Shown here one piece after another: positions 55,908 to 64,000 of a DNA stretch of 64,000 nt. Position 1 is the first letter of the stretch; each line of letters starts with the position of its first letter. The position numbers and the translations under genes are program-made. The notes below the pieces were generated by a model. It did no database searches. It saw only the letters and a program-made list of their open reading frames with translations, and was not told the DNA's origin. Source of the stretch: Caulobacteraceae bacterium (GTDB taxonomy: Bacteria; Pseudomonadota; Alphaproteobacteria; Caulobacterales; Caulobacteraceae); the NCBI GenBank assembly GCA_947447115.1, contig CANFKD010000001.1, forward strand, positions 286 to 64,285. The letters are read 5' to 3'.

Positions 55908-56690
55908 ATGAGCACATCACGCCCGGTCGCTGGGATTATCTGTTGTAACCGCACGGTCGGGGTTGAGACCGCTCAGGCGGTGATGAACCGTTATGTCCAA
56001 GCCACAATGACCTATGCTGATGTGGCCGCTTTACTGGTGCCTTCCGTTCCGGGCCAAATGAAAGCAACAGAGATTGCGGCCCGCCTTGATGGGCTGATGC
56101 TTACCGGCAGCCCTTCGAACCTTGAGCCCCATCGCTATGGTGAGGCGGTTGAGGATGCGCCGGGCCCCTTTGATGCGCCGCGCGATGCCATGACACAGGA
56201 CCTTATCGCCGCCATGCTCGATTTGGGCCGGCCGGTCTTTGGCATCTGCCGGGGCTTTCAGGAGATCAATGTCGCGTTCGGCGGCAGTCTTCGGCGTGAT
56301 GTCAGCGTGGCAAATGCCCCTCTACGCCACCACGCGCCCGATGATGTTGGTTTTGAGGCCATGTTCGACCATGTCCACCCTGTGACCTTGACCCCGGGCG
56401 GGGTCTTGGCGCGCCGATATGGCCAAGATCAATTGATGGTCAATTCCGTCCATTTCCAAGGGGTGGATCGCTTGGGTGCGGGCCTAGCTATCGAAGCGCG
56501 CGCGCCCGATGGCCTGATCGAAGCGGTCTCGGCCAGGGTCAATGGCGCGCAGCTTTTGGCGGTGCAGTGGCACCCTGAATGGCGCACCGTTGATCATCCC
56601 CAATCTCAAGAATTTTTCGCCCTATTTGGTGAGGCCTTGCGCGGCGAGCCAAGTCGCCAATCTCCCCCTTTGTCTGGAGTATCCCTATGA
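55908..56690 (+). CDS. puuD: gamma-glutamyl-gamma-aminobutyrate hydrolase (class-I glutamine amidotransferase, PuuD/SpuA-like)
   Basis: The nucleophile elbow GICRGFQ and the HPE triad region VQWHPEW. Confidence 0.85.
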   Translation: MSTSRPVAGIICCNRTVGVETAQAVMNRYVQATMTYADVAALLVPSVPGQMKATEIAARLDGLMLTGSPSNLEPHRYGEAVEDAPGPFDAPRDAMTQDLIAAMLDLGRPVFGICRGFQEINVAFGGSLRRDVSVANAPLRHHAPDDVGFEAMFDHVHPVTLTPGGVLARRYGQDQLMVNSVHFQGVDRLGAGLAIEARAPDGLIEAVSARVNGAQLLAVQWHPEWRTVDHPQSQEFFALFGEALRGEPSRQSPPLSGVSL

Positions 56691-58072
56691 CCGTTCCGAT
56701 CCGTAACCACGATGTGGCTGAGCTTCGTCGCCTGGATCTGGCTCACCACCTGCCGGCTCAAACCGACTATCGCTTGCAGGAGGCCTTGGGCGGTAGCCGC
56801 ATCATCACGCGTGCCGACGGCTGCTACATTTTTGATGGCGACAATACTAAGATCCTCGATGGGATGGCTGGGCTCTGGTGCGTCAATGTCGGCTATGGCC
56901 GCAAGGAACTGGCCGATGCCGCCTATGAGCAGATGCTCGAACTGCCCTATTACAACACCTTCTTTAAAACCGCGACGCCGCCGCCCGTCATGCTGGCCGC
57001 CAAGATCGCTGAGAAGATGGGCGGCCATCTCAGCCACGTCTTTTTCAACTCATCAGGCTCTGAAGCCAATGACACGGTCTTTCGTCTGGTGCGGCACTAT
57101 TGGACGCTCAAAGGCCAGCCCCAGCGCCAGGTCTTTATCAGCCGTTGGAACGCCTATCATGGCTCGACCGTCGCCGGCGCCAGCCTTGGCGGCATGACCT
57201 ACATGCATGTTCAGGGCAATTTACCGGTTCCGGGCGTTGAGCATGTGATGCAGCCCTACAGCTTTAATGACGGCTTTGGCGAGGATCCGGACGCCTTTGC
57301 CAACCGGGCGGTTCAGGCCATTGAGGACCGGATCTTGGCGGTTGGCCCTGAAAATGTCGCCGCCTTCATCGGCGAGCCTGTCCAAGGTGCTGGCGGGGTG
57401 ATTATTCCGCCGGAAAGTTACTGGCCCAAGGTCGAGGCCCTGTGCCGCAAATATGGCATCTTGCTGGTCTGTGACGAGGTGATCTGCGGTTTCGGGCGCC
57501 TTGGCCATTGGTTCGGTCATCACCATTACGGCATCAAGCCCGACATCATCGCCATGGCCAAGGGCCTATCCAGCGGCTATCTGCCGATCTCAGCGGTTGG
57601 CGTGGCAGACTTTATTGTCGATGAGCTCAAGGCCCATGACGGCGATTTCGTGCATGGCTTTACCTATTCGGGCCATCCGACGGCCTGCGCCGTGGCGCTA
57701 AAGAACATCGAGATCATGGAACGAGAGAACCTGATTGAGCGCACGCGTGTCGATACGGGCCCCTATATTGCCAAGGCCATGGCGACCTTAAACGACCACC
57801 CTTTGGTCGGTGAGGTCCGCACCCTAGGTCTCATCGGTGCGATCGAGATCGTGTCCAACAAGGGTACCAACCAGCGCTTTGGCGGGGCTGAAGGAACCGC
57901 GGGCCCCATCGTCCGCGACGCCTGTATCGCCAATGGCCTGATGGTGCGCGGCATCCGCGACAGCATCGTCTTTTGCCCGCCCCTGATCATCAGCCACGGT
58001 GAGATTGACGAGATGGTCACGATCATCGCCAAGTCTTTGGATGAGGTTGAGCCGCTGTTGCGGTCGATCTAA
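56687..58072 (+). CDS. spuC: class-III aminotransferase, putrescine-pyruvate aminotransferase (SpuC-like)
   Basis: MAGLWCVNVGYGR, SGSEANDT, YHGST, DEVICGFGR and AKGLSSGY closely follow my recollection of P. aeruginosa SpuC. Confidence 0.88.
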   Translation: MTVPIRNHDVAELRRLDLAHHLPAQTDYRLQEALGGSRIITRADGCYIFDGDNTKILDGMAGLWCVNVGYGRKELADAAYEQMLELPYYNTFFKTATPPPVMLAAKIAEKMGGHLSHVFFNSSGSEANDTVFRLVRHYWTLKGQPQRQVFISRWNAYHGSTVAGASLGGMTYMHVQGNLPVPGVEHVMQPYSFNDGFGEDPDAFANRAVQAIEDRILAVGPENVAAFIGEPVQGAGGVIIPPESYWPKVEALCRKYGILLVCDEVICGFGRLGHWFGHHHYGIKPDIIAMAKGLSSGYLPISAVGVADFIVDELKAHDGDFVHGFTYSGHPTACAVALKNIEIMERENLIERTRVDTGPYIAKAMATLNDHPLVGEVRTLGLIGAIEIVSNKGTNQRFGGAEGTAGPIVRDACIANGLMVRGIRDSIVFCPPLIISHGEIDEMVTIIAKSLDEVEPLLRSI

Positions 58073-58136
58073 CGCCAATATCTGCGTGGCCACCTTGGCT
58101 ACAGCCCGAAAATAGCGCCGGATCAGGACCGGATGG

Positions 58137-58165
58137 AACAGCCCCTTCGGGGGCTGTTTTGCGTT
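58137..58165 (+). terminator. Rho-independent terminator of the polyamine operon
   Basis: AACAGCCCC - TTCG - GGGGCTGTT followed by TTGCGTT, 65 nt after the spuC-like stop. Confidence 0.7.
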
Positions 58166-58448
58166 ATGCTAAGCCCGCATTAGCTCGCCATCACCGCTGA
58201 ATGACCACGATTCGCGTATCAGGCTTCTTTCGACACGCGCTACACGAACCTATTTAACTTTTCAATTTAGAAAATTATGATATTAAGCGCCATCGTTTAG
58301 GTAAACACAAATCACTACTTAAGAGTGTTTCGTGTTTAACAGTCGAAAACTTCGTCAGTGTAATTGATGGTGCTCAAAGCCCAGATATAAATGCAGCCTT
58401 GAGCATTCTTTCAACTAAAATTGAAACTAATTTCATTTTGAGCAACCA

Positions 58449-61400
58449 ATGTTTAATTGTAAAATAAAACTTTTTATATATACGTTAATTCTATTGTTTA
58501 TGTCGATGGCGCCAAGGGCGTTTGCGAGTCCATATTATTTATATACCGGTATAAATGCGGCCAATACAACGATCGATGCTACACCTCACATATCGAGTTG
58601 GAACATTTCGGTCGGTTCGAGCTTCAGCTTTGGCGGCGGTGTGTTCGTCATGAAGGTCGGCAACTCGGTTTCCGATGATGCCAGGTTAACGATCTATCAA
58701 GGTGCAAACTCGTCCGGAACAGTAGTGGCGCAAGCCGTTATTCCCAGCGTAAATTTTTCCAACTCGTACACGGCGACAACATTCAACTTTTCTTCGCCGG
58801 TCACACTGAGTCCCGGCAGCTATTATGTCGACTTACGGTCAAACACGGGTACCTCGGGAGCTGCACAATACTTCATCAAGGGCGTTGATCAGGCCACTTT
58901 AAGCCTTGACGGCACTGCTGGGACCGCCCTGCCGCCATCCTCAGGCGGCGTTACGATCAACCCCCTTTCGTCGAGTTTAGTGTTGTCGAAGTCTGCACCT
59001 GCGACTGCGGTTGCAAGCACAACCATTCCATATACGCTTGGCCTAGGAAATGCGGGCGGCACAAAATCGGGTACAAGCGCCCGAATTTCTGAGGCGCTAC
59101 CGGCTGGTGTCGTAGCCACTTCTATATCCACCGGAACAGGCGTGAGCGCTGCTAACTGCGGCACCTTGCCGTCGACTGCGGGTGCCACCTTGGCCTGTAG
59201 CGTCACTCTTACATCCGGCTTGGCCCCGGGAGCCCCCACCGGCACAGCCGCTTTCACGATCAACGCCACTGCTCCGGCCAGCTCTGCGACCATAACCAAC
59301 TATGCTTCAGTGGACCCATCGGGTGGAACCTCGCCGCCGACGGCAGGTTCCAGCTGCTTGACCGCCGATTGCGCTAGTGCCTCCACGACTGTCACCGCCC
59401 CAGTCACCGCCGCGACAACAATCAATGTTGGATTTTCTGCACCAACGATAAATCCCGGCGATCCCACCAACCTCGTCGTGTCCATCTATAACAGTGCGAC
59501 GTCTAGCAGCCTTACATCGGCTGCCGTAACAGTTTTGCTTCCCGCTGGCGTGACCGTGGCGGCGAGTGCGATATTTTCCGATAGTTGTGGCTTTAGCAGC
59601 GTCACAGCTGCGCCCGGCAGCTCTAGTGTTATTCTAACGGGTGGAACCATTGCAGCCGCTATCGCTGGCGGCGCAGATGGGAGTTGTACCTTTACACTCG
59701 CCTTGAATTCCATATCGCCTGGTGCCCATACCCTCACCTTGCCTGCGAACGGACCGGCAAATGGTTTCGTCGCCGGTGGCGCCTTGGCGGGATATTCAGC
59801 GGTTAGAGTCGGTACGACGGTGTCGAACGCCACGGCGACCAGTGCGACATTGGCCGTCAATAGTTTGTCTGATCCAACTGGCGCAATCACCTTCTCACCG
59901 TCGAACCCCTATGCGGGGGAGACGACAACCTTGACATTGGTTCTGACCAATAAGAACGCCACCGTAGATCTACCTCTCACCAGCCTAACCGATACGATAA
60001 CGGGACTTACGATTGCCCCCACACCGGCTGGCTCAGTGGTCTGCACCGGTACCGGTGCTGCTAATGGTACCCTGTCGTCACCGAGTGGGTCCGGGGTTTT
60101 GGCGTCCGGGGACGCCGCCTTTACACTTACAGGCGGAACTATTGGATCTGGAGGGATCTGTACCATCCGCGTTAACGTGATTGCGGGTGCAGCCAACGTC
60201 ACCAATACGATTGCGGCAAATGCTATCGGCAATAGTCGCGGCCTGAGCAGTGCATCTTTTAACCGCACGTTGACCGTCCGAAACCCAGCCACAATCAGTC
60301 AGTCGATCAGTCCGGCAGCTACGATACGTGCCGGTCAGGCTGCAACTCTCACCATAACCCTCGCGAACGCGTCCAGCGCCAACGCCCTGATGGTCAAGGC
60401 CTTCACCGACACCTTGGGTGCAGGGATGGTGGTCAACTCAGCTATTAGTTCTGGGGTAGTCTGCACCGGATCCGGTTCTGCCAACGGCACCCTCACAGCC
60501 TCGGACGGGACCTCAACAATATCTCTTGTTAATGCGTCTGCGGGACCGAGTGGCTCATGCGTGATAACAGTTGGCGTGTCTGCTGCTGCTGCGGGAACCT
60601 TTACCAGCACAGGCAGTACAGCCTCTCCCGCCACTCAACTTACGGTTCCAAACCTCGATCCGACATTGATCACAGCCCCTAGCTCAAGTGCAAACCTGAC
60701 GACCGCTTCTAGTTTCACCCTATCCAAATCTGCATCGCCCAATTCTACCGCCTATCAGGGCCAGGCCATTACCTACACGGTGACCATCAACAACTGGTCG
60801 GCGGGTGCGGCCAGTAATGTGAACTTTACAGACACGTTGCCGACGGTATCGAGTGTTCCGATGCTATTGTCCGCAGGCAGTAGCCTAGGTGCCGGTTGCC
60901 AAGGTGGCACTCTTACAGCAGTGGACGGTACCTCGACCGTCACCTGGTCCGGCGGCACAGTCGTTGCTGGTAGTGGTACTTCGGCGGGCCAGTGCGTCAT
61001 CACCATATTGGCTTCAATGCCTGACACCGCTTCGGTGGGTTCGGCCTATGTCAATTCGTTGCCGATCACTACGAGCGTGACAGGCCAGAATATTAGTGCC
61101 GGGACGATCAATAATACAAACGCGGCCTCAGTTACGACCACGACTACGGCCTCGCTTGGCATAGCGCAGGCCTTTTCCGCAAATTCGATCGTTCAGGCAA
61201 ACACTTCAACCCTAACAGTGACCCTTACCAACCCGACGGCTTCAGCAGTCACCAACACGGCATTTTCCGAGACATTGAACGCCAATGTCGTGCTGGCGGC
61301 CTCGCCAACGCTCGCCACCACCTGTTCGGGAACGCCGGTGCTTACGGGGGTCGCGGGTACCAACACATTTTCTGCTGCTGGCTTAACCGTGCCGGCCAAT

Positions 61401-64000
61401 GGTACATGTCGCGTGACCCTCAAGGTTACATCGTCCACGGTCGGAGCATGGGTTAGCACTATTGCCGCTAACGCGGTCACCGATGATCAGAGCCAGTCAA
61501 ATTCATCTGCTGCGCCAGCGACACTGACCGTTACCGCCGCGGTGACCACCATTGCCCAGTCCTTGAGCGCTACATCTATCGTTCAAGGCCAGACATCAAC
61601 GCTCACTGTTAGGATCACCAATCCAAGCCCCTTCGCTCTGATCAATACCGCGTTCACTGAGACGCTAGACAGCCATGTGAGCGTCGCGCCGGTGGCTGCC
61701 TACTCAACAACATGTTTAGGTAGTCCAGTCATCACCGCAACGCCCGGCATCACATTCTTTTCCGCCAGTGGCCTGACGATTCCCGCCAATGGGAACTGCC
61801 AGGTTGTGCTGAATATTTCTTCTACCAGCGTCGGGGCCTGGGACAACACGATCGCCATTGGCGCAATCACCAACGATCAGAGCCAGTCCAATACGGTTGC
61901 CAGCACTCGGACATTGACTGTTACGAGCGGCATTACCGCAGCGGCGGCTTTTTCTCCCACGAGCACGGGGGTCAATGGAAATTCGTCCCTCTCGATCACC
62001 CTAACCAACGTTGGATCATCGGCCCTCACCAACCTCTCGGTAGCTAATCCGCTTCAAACCGGAGCGAATGCATTTGTTGTCGCGGATATACCTAATGCGC
62101 GGACCACCTGCGCCGGATCGGCCACAATCACTGCAAATGCTGGAGCGACGTCGGTTGGAATGACCGGGGCTACTCTGGCTGCGGGGGCAAGTTGTCTCCT
62201 AGCCTTTGATGTCAAAACCACAGCAGGCGGCCCTTGGACAAACACCCTTCCAGCCGGTGGAATAACTTCAGCGGAGGGGCCAACTAACGGTTCTGCCGTC
62301 ACCGCGTCCTTGTCCAAGACCAGTGTCGTGATGGGCATCAACAAGTCATTTTCGGCCCTTAGCATTAATGGCGGGGCACCAGTCACTTTGCAGATCGACA
62401 TCGTCAATCCAAACGGATCCGTCAGTGCCGCGAATGATGTTGCCGTGACGGACACATTGCCGACAGGCATGGAAATTTATTCGGTCCCAAATGCACATAC
62501 ATCCTGTACCAACGGTACGGTCAGTGCCATTTCGCGCGGAAATCAGGTCACGCTGAGGGGCGCAGACATAGGTGCCAATTCGACCTGCTCTGTATTTGTC
62601 GATGTCACCTCGACCGAGCCCTTGAACCTTACCAATGTCATTCCTGTTGGGGCGATCACTTCCCTGCAAGGCTTTACCAATGCGACCCAAGCCCAGGCGA
62701 CCCTGTCGACCCTTCAGGGGTTGAATGTCGATACAAATTTTTCACCATCCGCAATTGCTCCTGGACAGACGACGACGCTGAGCATCCGCCTCATTAGTGC
62801 ATTGGATACGATTAGTTCGACGGGTCTCTCCGTCACAGATAACCTCCCGTCAGGGGTTGTTATCGCACCTGTGCCAAACCTGACCTCTAGCTGCGGCGGT
62901 AGTGCCTCGGGCTCGTCAGGTGGTGGCTCAGTAAGCCTCACGGGCGGGACGCTGTCGGCCCGTTCAACTTGCACCATCGCCGTAGACGTGACGGCAACAG
63001 GTCTGGGCTCCTACACCAACACCATTCCGATCGGCGGCGCATCGAGCACCCAAGGCTATTCCAATCAGAACGCTGCTGTGGCGACGCTCAATGTCATGAC
63101 TGCGCCGACTTTAGCGTTCGCCTTCGCGGGAACCAGCATCCAAGCAGGATCGACTTCCAGGCTAACCCTGACGATTGCCAACTCCAACGCATCTGCCCTG
63201 ACGGGCACGTCCTTAACCAATCTTTTGCCCTCTGGTTTGGCCTTGAGTTCCAGTCCATCCGCTGCAACGACCTGCAGCGGCGGATCAGTTGCGGCGACTG
63301 CGGCGGGCTCATCCTTCAGTCTTACCGGTGCAACGGTTCCGGCCAGCGGTAGTTGCACGGTATCGGTCAATGTGACGTCCAATATTCCGGCGAGCTATAC
63401 CAACAGTGTTGGGTCGGGTGTGATCTCAACAAGTCAGGGCGTAACCAACACAACCGGTGCAAGTGCGACCCTTGTGGTTCTGCAATTTCCGACCGTGACC
63501 CAAGCCTTTTCCCCCAGTAGCATTGCAGCAACTGGAACTAGTATTTTAACGCTGACCTTGGGCAATGCCAATGGTTCTGCATTGACCCTGAGTTCGGCCT
63601 TCGTTGATAGTTTGCCCGTCGGTGCAAGTGCGCTGACCATCGCTTCGCCCAGTGGAATCTCCAAGACCTGTCCTGGGACCGTCACGGCGACGGCCGGTTC
63701 GAGTACCATTACCTACGCCAGCGGAGCCTCCATTCCTGCTGGTGGATGTACCATTTCCGTCGATGTGACCACTGCGTCGGTTGGTTCCTACTTAAACACA
63801 ATCCCTGCTGGATCTCTTCAGACGAGCACCGCAGGCTCGTCTCAGCTTGGATCCACGGCAACCTTGACGGTGACCAGTGCTAATCAGGCACCGGGCTTTA
63901 CCGCGCCCAATGGTCCGGGTGGGACCTCTTACGTGTTTAGTTATGCCGCAGGACAAGCCGCTGCGGCAGTGTTGGGGACGGTTTCGGCCACCGATGCGGA
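58449..64000 (+). CDS. giant secreted repeat adhesin (DUF11/Ig-like tandem domains, then the start of a cadherin-like domain); 3' end runs off the window
   Basis: Missing from the ORF track because it has no stop in the window. I translated the frame line by line from the ATG at 58449 (an in-frame TAA lies at 58428) to 64000 and saw no stop, giving more than 1850 codons. Sec-type leader MFNCKIKLFIYTLILLFMSMAPRAFA. Repeats have LSKSA.. / FSP..I..G....LT.T..N and two Cys each. The final residues ANQAPGFTAPNGPGGTSYVFSYAAGQAAAAVLGTVSATDA look cadherin-like. Confidence 0.9.
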   Translation, partial: MFNCKIKLFIYTLILLFMSMAPRAFASPYYLYTGINAANTTIDATPHISSWNISVGSSFSFGGGVFVMKVGNSVSDDARLTIYQGANSSGTVVAQAVIPSVNFSNSYTATTFNFSSPVTLSPGSYYVDLRSNTGTSGAAQYFIKGVDQATLSLDGTAGTALPPSSGGVTINPLSSSLVLSKSAPATAVASTTIPYTLGLGNAGGTKSGTSARISEALPAGVVATSISTGTGVSAANCGTLPSTAGATLACSVTLTSGLAPGAPTGTAAFTINATAPASSATITNYASVDPSGGTSPPTAGSSCLTADCASASTTVTAPVTAATTINVGFSAPTINPGDPTNLVVSIYNSATSSSLTSAAVTVLLPAGVTVAASAIFSDSCGFSSVTAAPGSSSVILTGGTIAAAIAGGADGSCTFTLALNSISPGAHTLTLPANGPANGFVAGGALAGYSAVRVGTTVSNATATSATLAVNSLSDPTGAITFSPSNPYAGETTTLTLVLTNKNATVDLPLTSLTDTITGLTIAPTPAGSVVCTGTGAANGTLSSPSGSGVLASGDAAFTLTGGTIGSGGICTIRVNVIAGAANVTNTIAANAIGNSRGLSSASFNRTLTVRNPATISQSISPAATIRAGQAATLTITLANASSANALMVKAFTDTLGAGMVVNSAISSGVVCTGSGSANGTLTASDGTSTISLVNASAGPSGSCVITVGVSAAAAGTFTSTGSTASPATQLTVPNLDPTLITAPSSSANLTTASSFTLSKSASPNSTAYQGQAITYTVTINNWSAGAASNVNFTDTLPTVSSVPMLLSAGSSLGAGCQGGTLTAVDGTSTVTWSGGTVVAGSGTSAGQCVITILASMPDTASVGSAYVNSLPITTSVTGQNISAGTINNTNAASVTTTTTASLGIAQAFSANSIVQANTSTLTVTLTNPTASAVTNTAFSETLNANVVLAASPTLATTCSGTPVLTGVAGTNTFSAAGLTVPANGTCRVTLKVTSSTVGAWVSTIAANAVTDDQSQSNSSAAPATLTVTAAVTTIAQSLSATSIVQGQTSTLTVRITNPSPFALINTAFTETLDSHVSVAPVAAYSTTCLGSPVITATPGITFFSASGLTIPANGNCQVVLNISSTSVGAWDNTIAIGAITNDQSQSNTVASTRTLTVTSGITAAAAFSPTSTGVNGNSSLSITLTNVGSSALTNLSVANPLQTGANAFVVADIPNARTTCAGSATITANAGATSVGMTGATLAAGASCLLAFDVKTTAGGPWTNTLPAGGITSAEGPTNGSAVTASLSKTSVVMGINKSFSALSINGGAPVTLQIDIVNPNGSVSAANDVAVTDTLPTGMEIYSVPNAHTSCTNGTVSAISRGNQVTLRGADIGANSTCSVFVDVTSTEPLNLTNVIPVGAITSLQGFTNATQAQATLSTLQGLNVDTNFSPSAIAPGQTTTLSIRLISALDTISSTGLSVTDNLPSGVVIAPVPNLTSSCGGSASGSSGGGSVSLTGGTLSARSTCTIAVDVTATGLGSYTNTIPIGGASSTQGYSNQNAAVATLNVMTAPTLAFAFAGTSIQAGSTSRLTLTIANSNASALTGTSLTNLLPSGLALSSSPSAATTCSGGSVAATAAGSSFSLTGATVPASGSCTVSVNVTSNIPASYTNSVGSGVISTSQGVTNTTGASATLVVLQFPTVTQAFSPSSIAATGTSILTLTLGNANGSALTLSSAFVDSLPVGASALTIASPSGISKTCPGTVTATAGSSTITYASGASIPAGGCTISVDVTTASVGSYLNTIPAGSLQTSTAGSSQLGSTATLTVTSANQAPGFTAPNGPGGTSYVFSYAAGQAAAAVLGTVSATDA
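58974..63885 (+). repeat. 12 tandem coding repeats of about 385-465 bp (130-155 aa Ig-like modules) inside the adhesin gene
   Basis: Unit starts are at about 58974, 59421, 59884, 60291, 60711, 61161, 61551, 61940, 62332, 62724, 63111 and 63494. Units 61161 and 61551 are the most similar pair (both end in ...DDQSQSN / NDQSQSN). Confidence 0.8.

Noticed and set aside
58170-58448. CtrA boxes (TTAA-N7-TTAA) in the AT-rich adhesin leader and in the origin region.
   Set aside because: Several TTAA half-sites occur, but none has the 7-nt spacing. The closest pair is 13 nt apart.
58889-63709. A series of minus-strand ORFs of 61-138 aa listed in the track across the adhesin region (for example 58889..59299, 59486..59890, 59909..60292, 62054..62470).
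   Set aside because: They are antisense shadows of the single long plus-strand frame. Their Ala/Val/Pro/Thr-rich translations mirror the Thr/Ala/Ser/Gly-rich repeats. They are short, fragmented and lack start contexts.
1-64000. A recognisable defence system (restriction-modification, CBASS, retron, Gabija-like and similar), prophage or IS element.
   Set aside because: I found no nuclease, methylase, cyclase, reverse transcriptase, STAND/AAA+ defence ATPase, integrase or transposase motifs in any frame. The WYL regulator alone is not sufficient evidence.

Overview
This is a GC-rich window of about 55 protein genes. The gene content (ChpT, a PF10134-type RepA, dense GANTC sites) suggests an alphaproteobacterium, possibly Caulobacterales-like, but that is inference only. 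By eye I found no rRNA, tRNA, CRISPR array, transposase, integrase or phage gene.

The organising landmark is a complete iteron-type plasmid replication and partition module at 22.7-25.6 kb. It consists of a phased GATATC-type repeat array, a small ParA, an RHH ParG-like protein, ten 22-24 bp iterons in two clusters around a GANTC-dense core, and RepA with an iteron-like operator on its start codon. The genes around this module look like housekeeping and catabolic genes:
- PEP carboxylase.
- A tightly coupled moaA-D-E-B-C-moeA operon with mocA, xdhC and a two-subunit IorAB-type molybdoenzyme.
- chpT, a receiver gene and cheR.
- lrp and ald.
- A large spu/puu-like gamma-glutamyl polyamine utilisation locus (46.4-58.1 kb), plus a second PuuA/PuuB-like pair at 8.7-11.3 kb.

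The ORF track misses two genes because both run off the window: an FAD oxidoreductase on the minus strand at 1..973, and a giant Sec-signal adhesin on the plus strand from 58449 to the window end. I checked the adhesin frame codon by codon. It has 12 tandem Ig-like units of about 130-150 aa and then a cadherin-like start.

The best candidates for poorly described biology are:
- The origin architecture with clustered CcrM (GANTC) sites, in a chromid-like context.
- A two-gene ABC ATPase plus 13-TM permease::M1-peptidase fusion that lacks the GxMEN motif.
- An orphan pair of TadG-like vWA proteins, one split by an in-frame TAG.
- A WYL regulator with a divergent orphan ORF.

I could not identify a recognisable defence system. 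All family calls rest on motif reading and recollection, not on searches.
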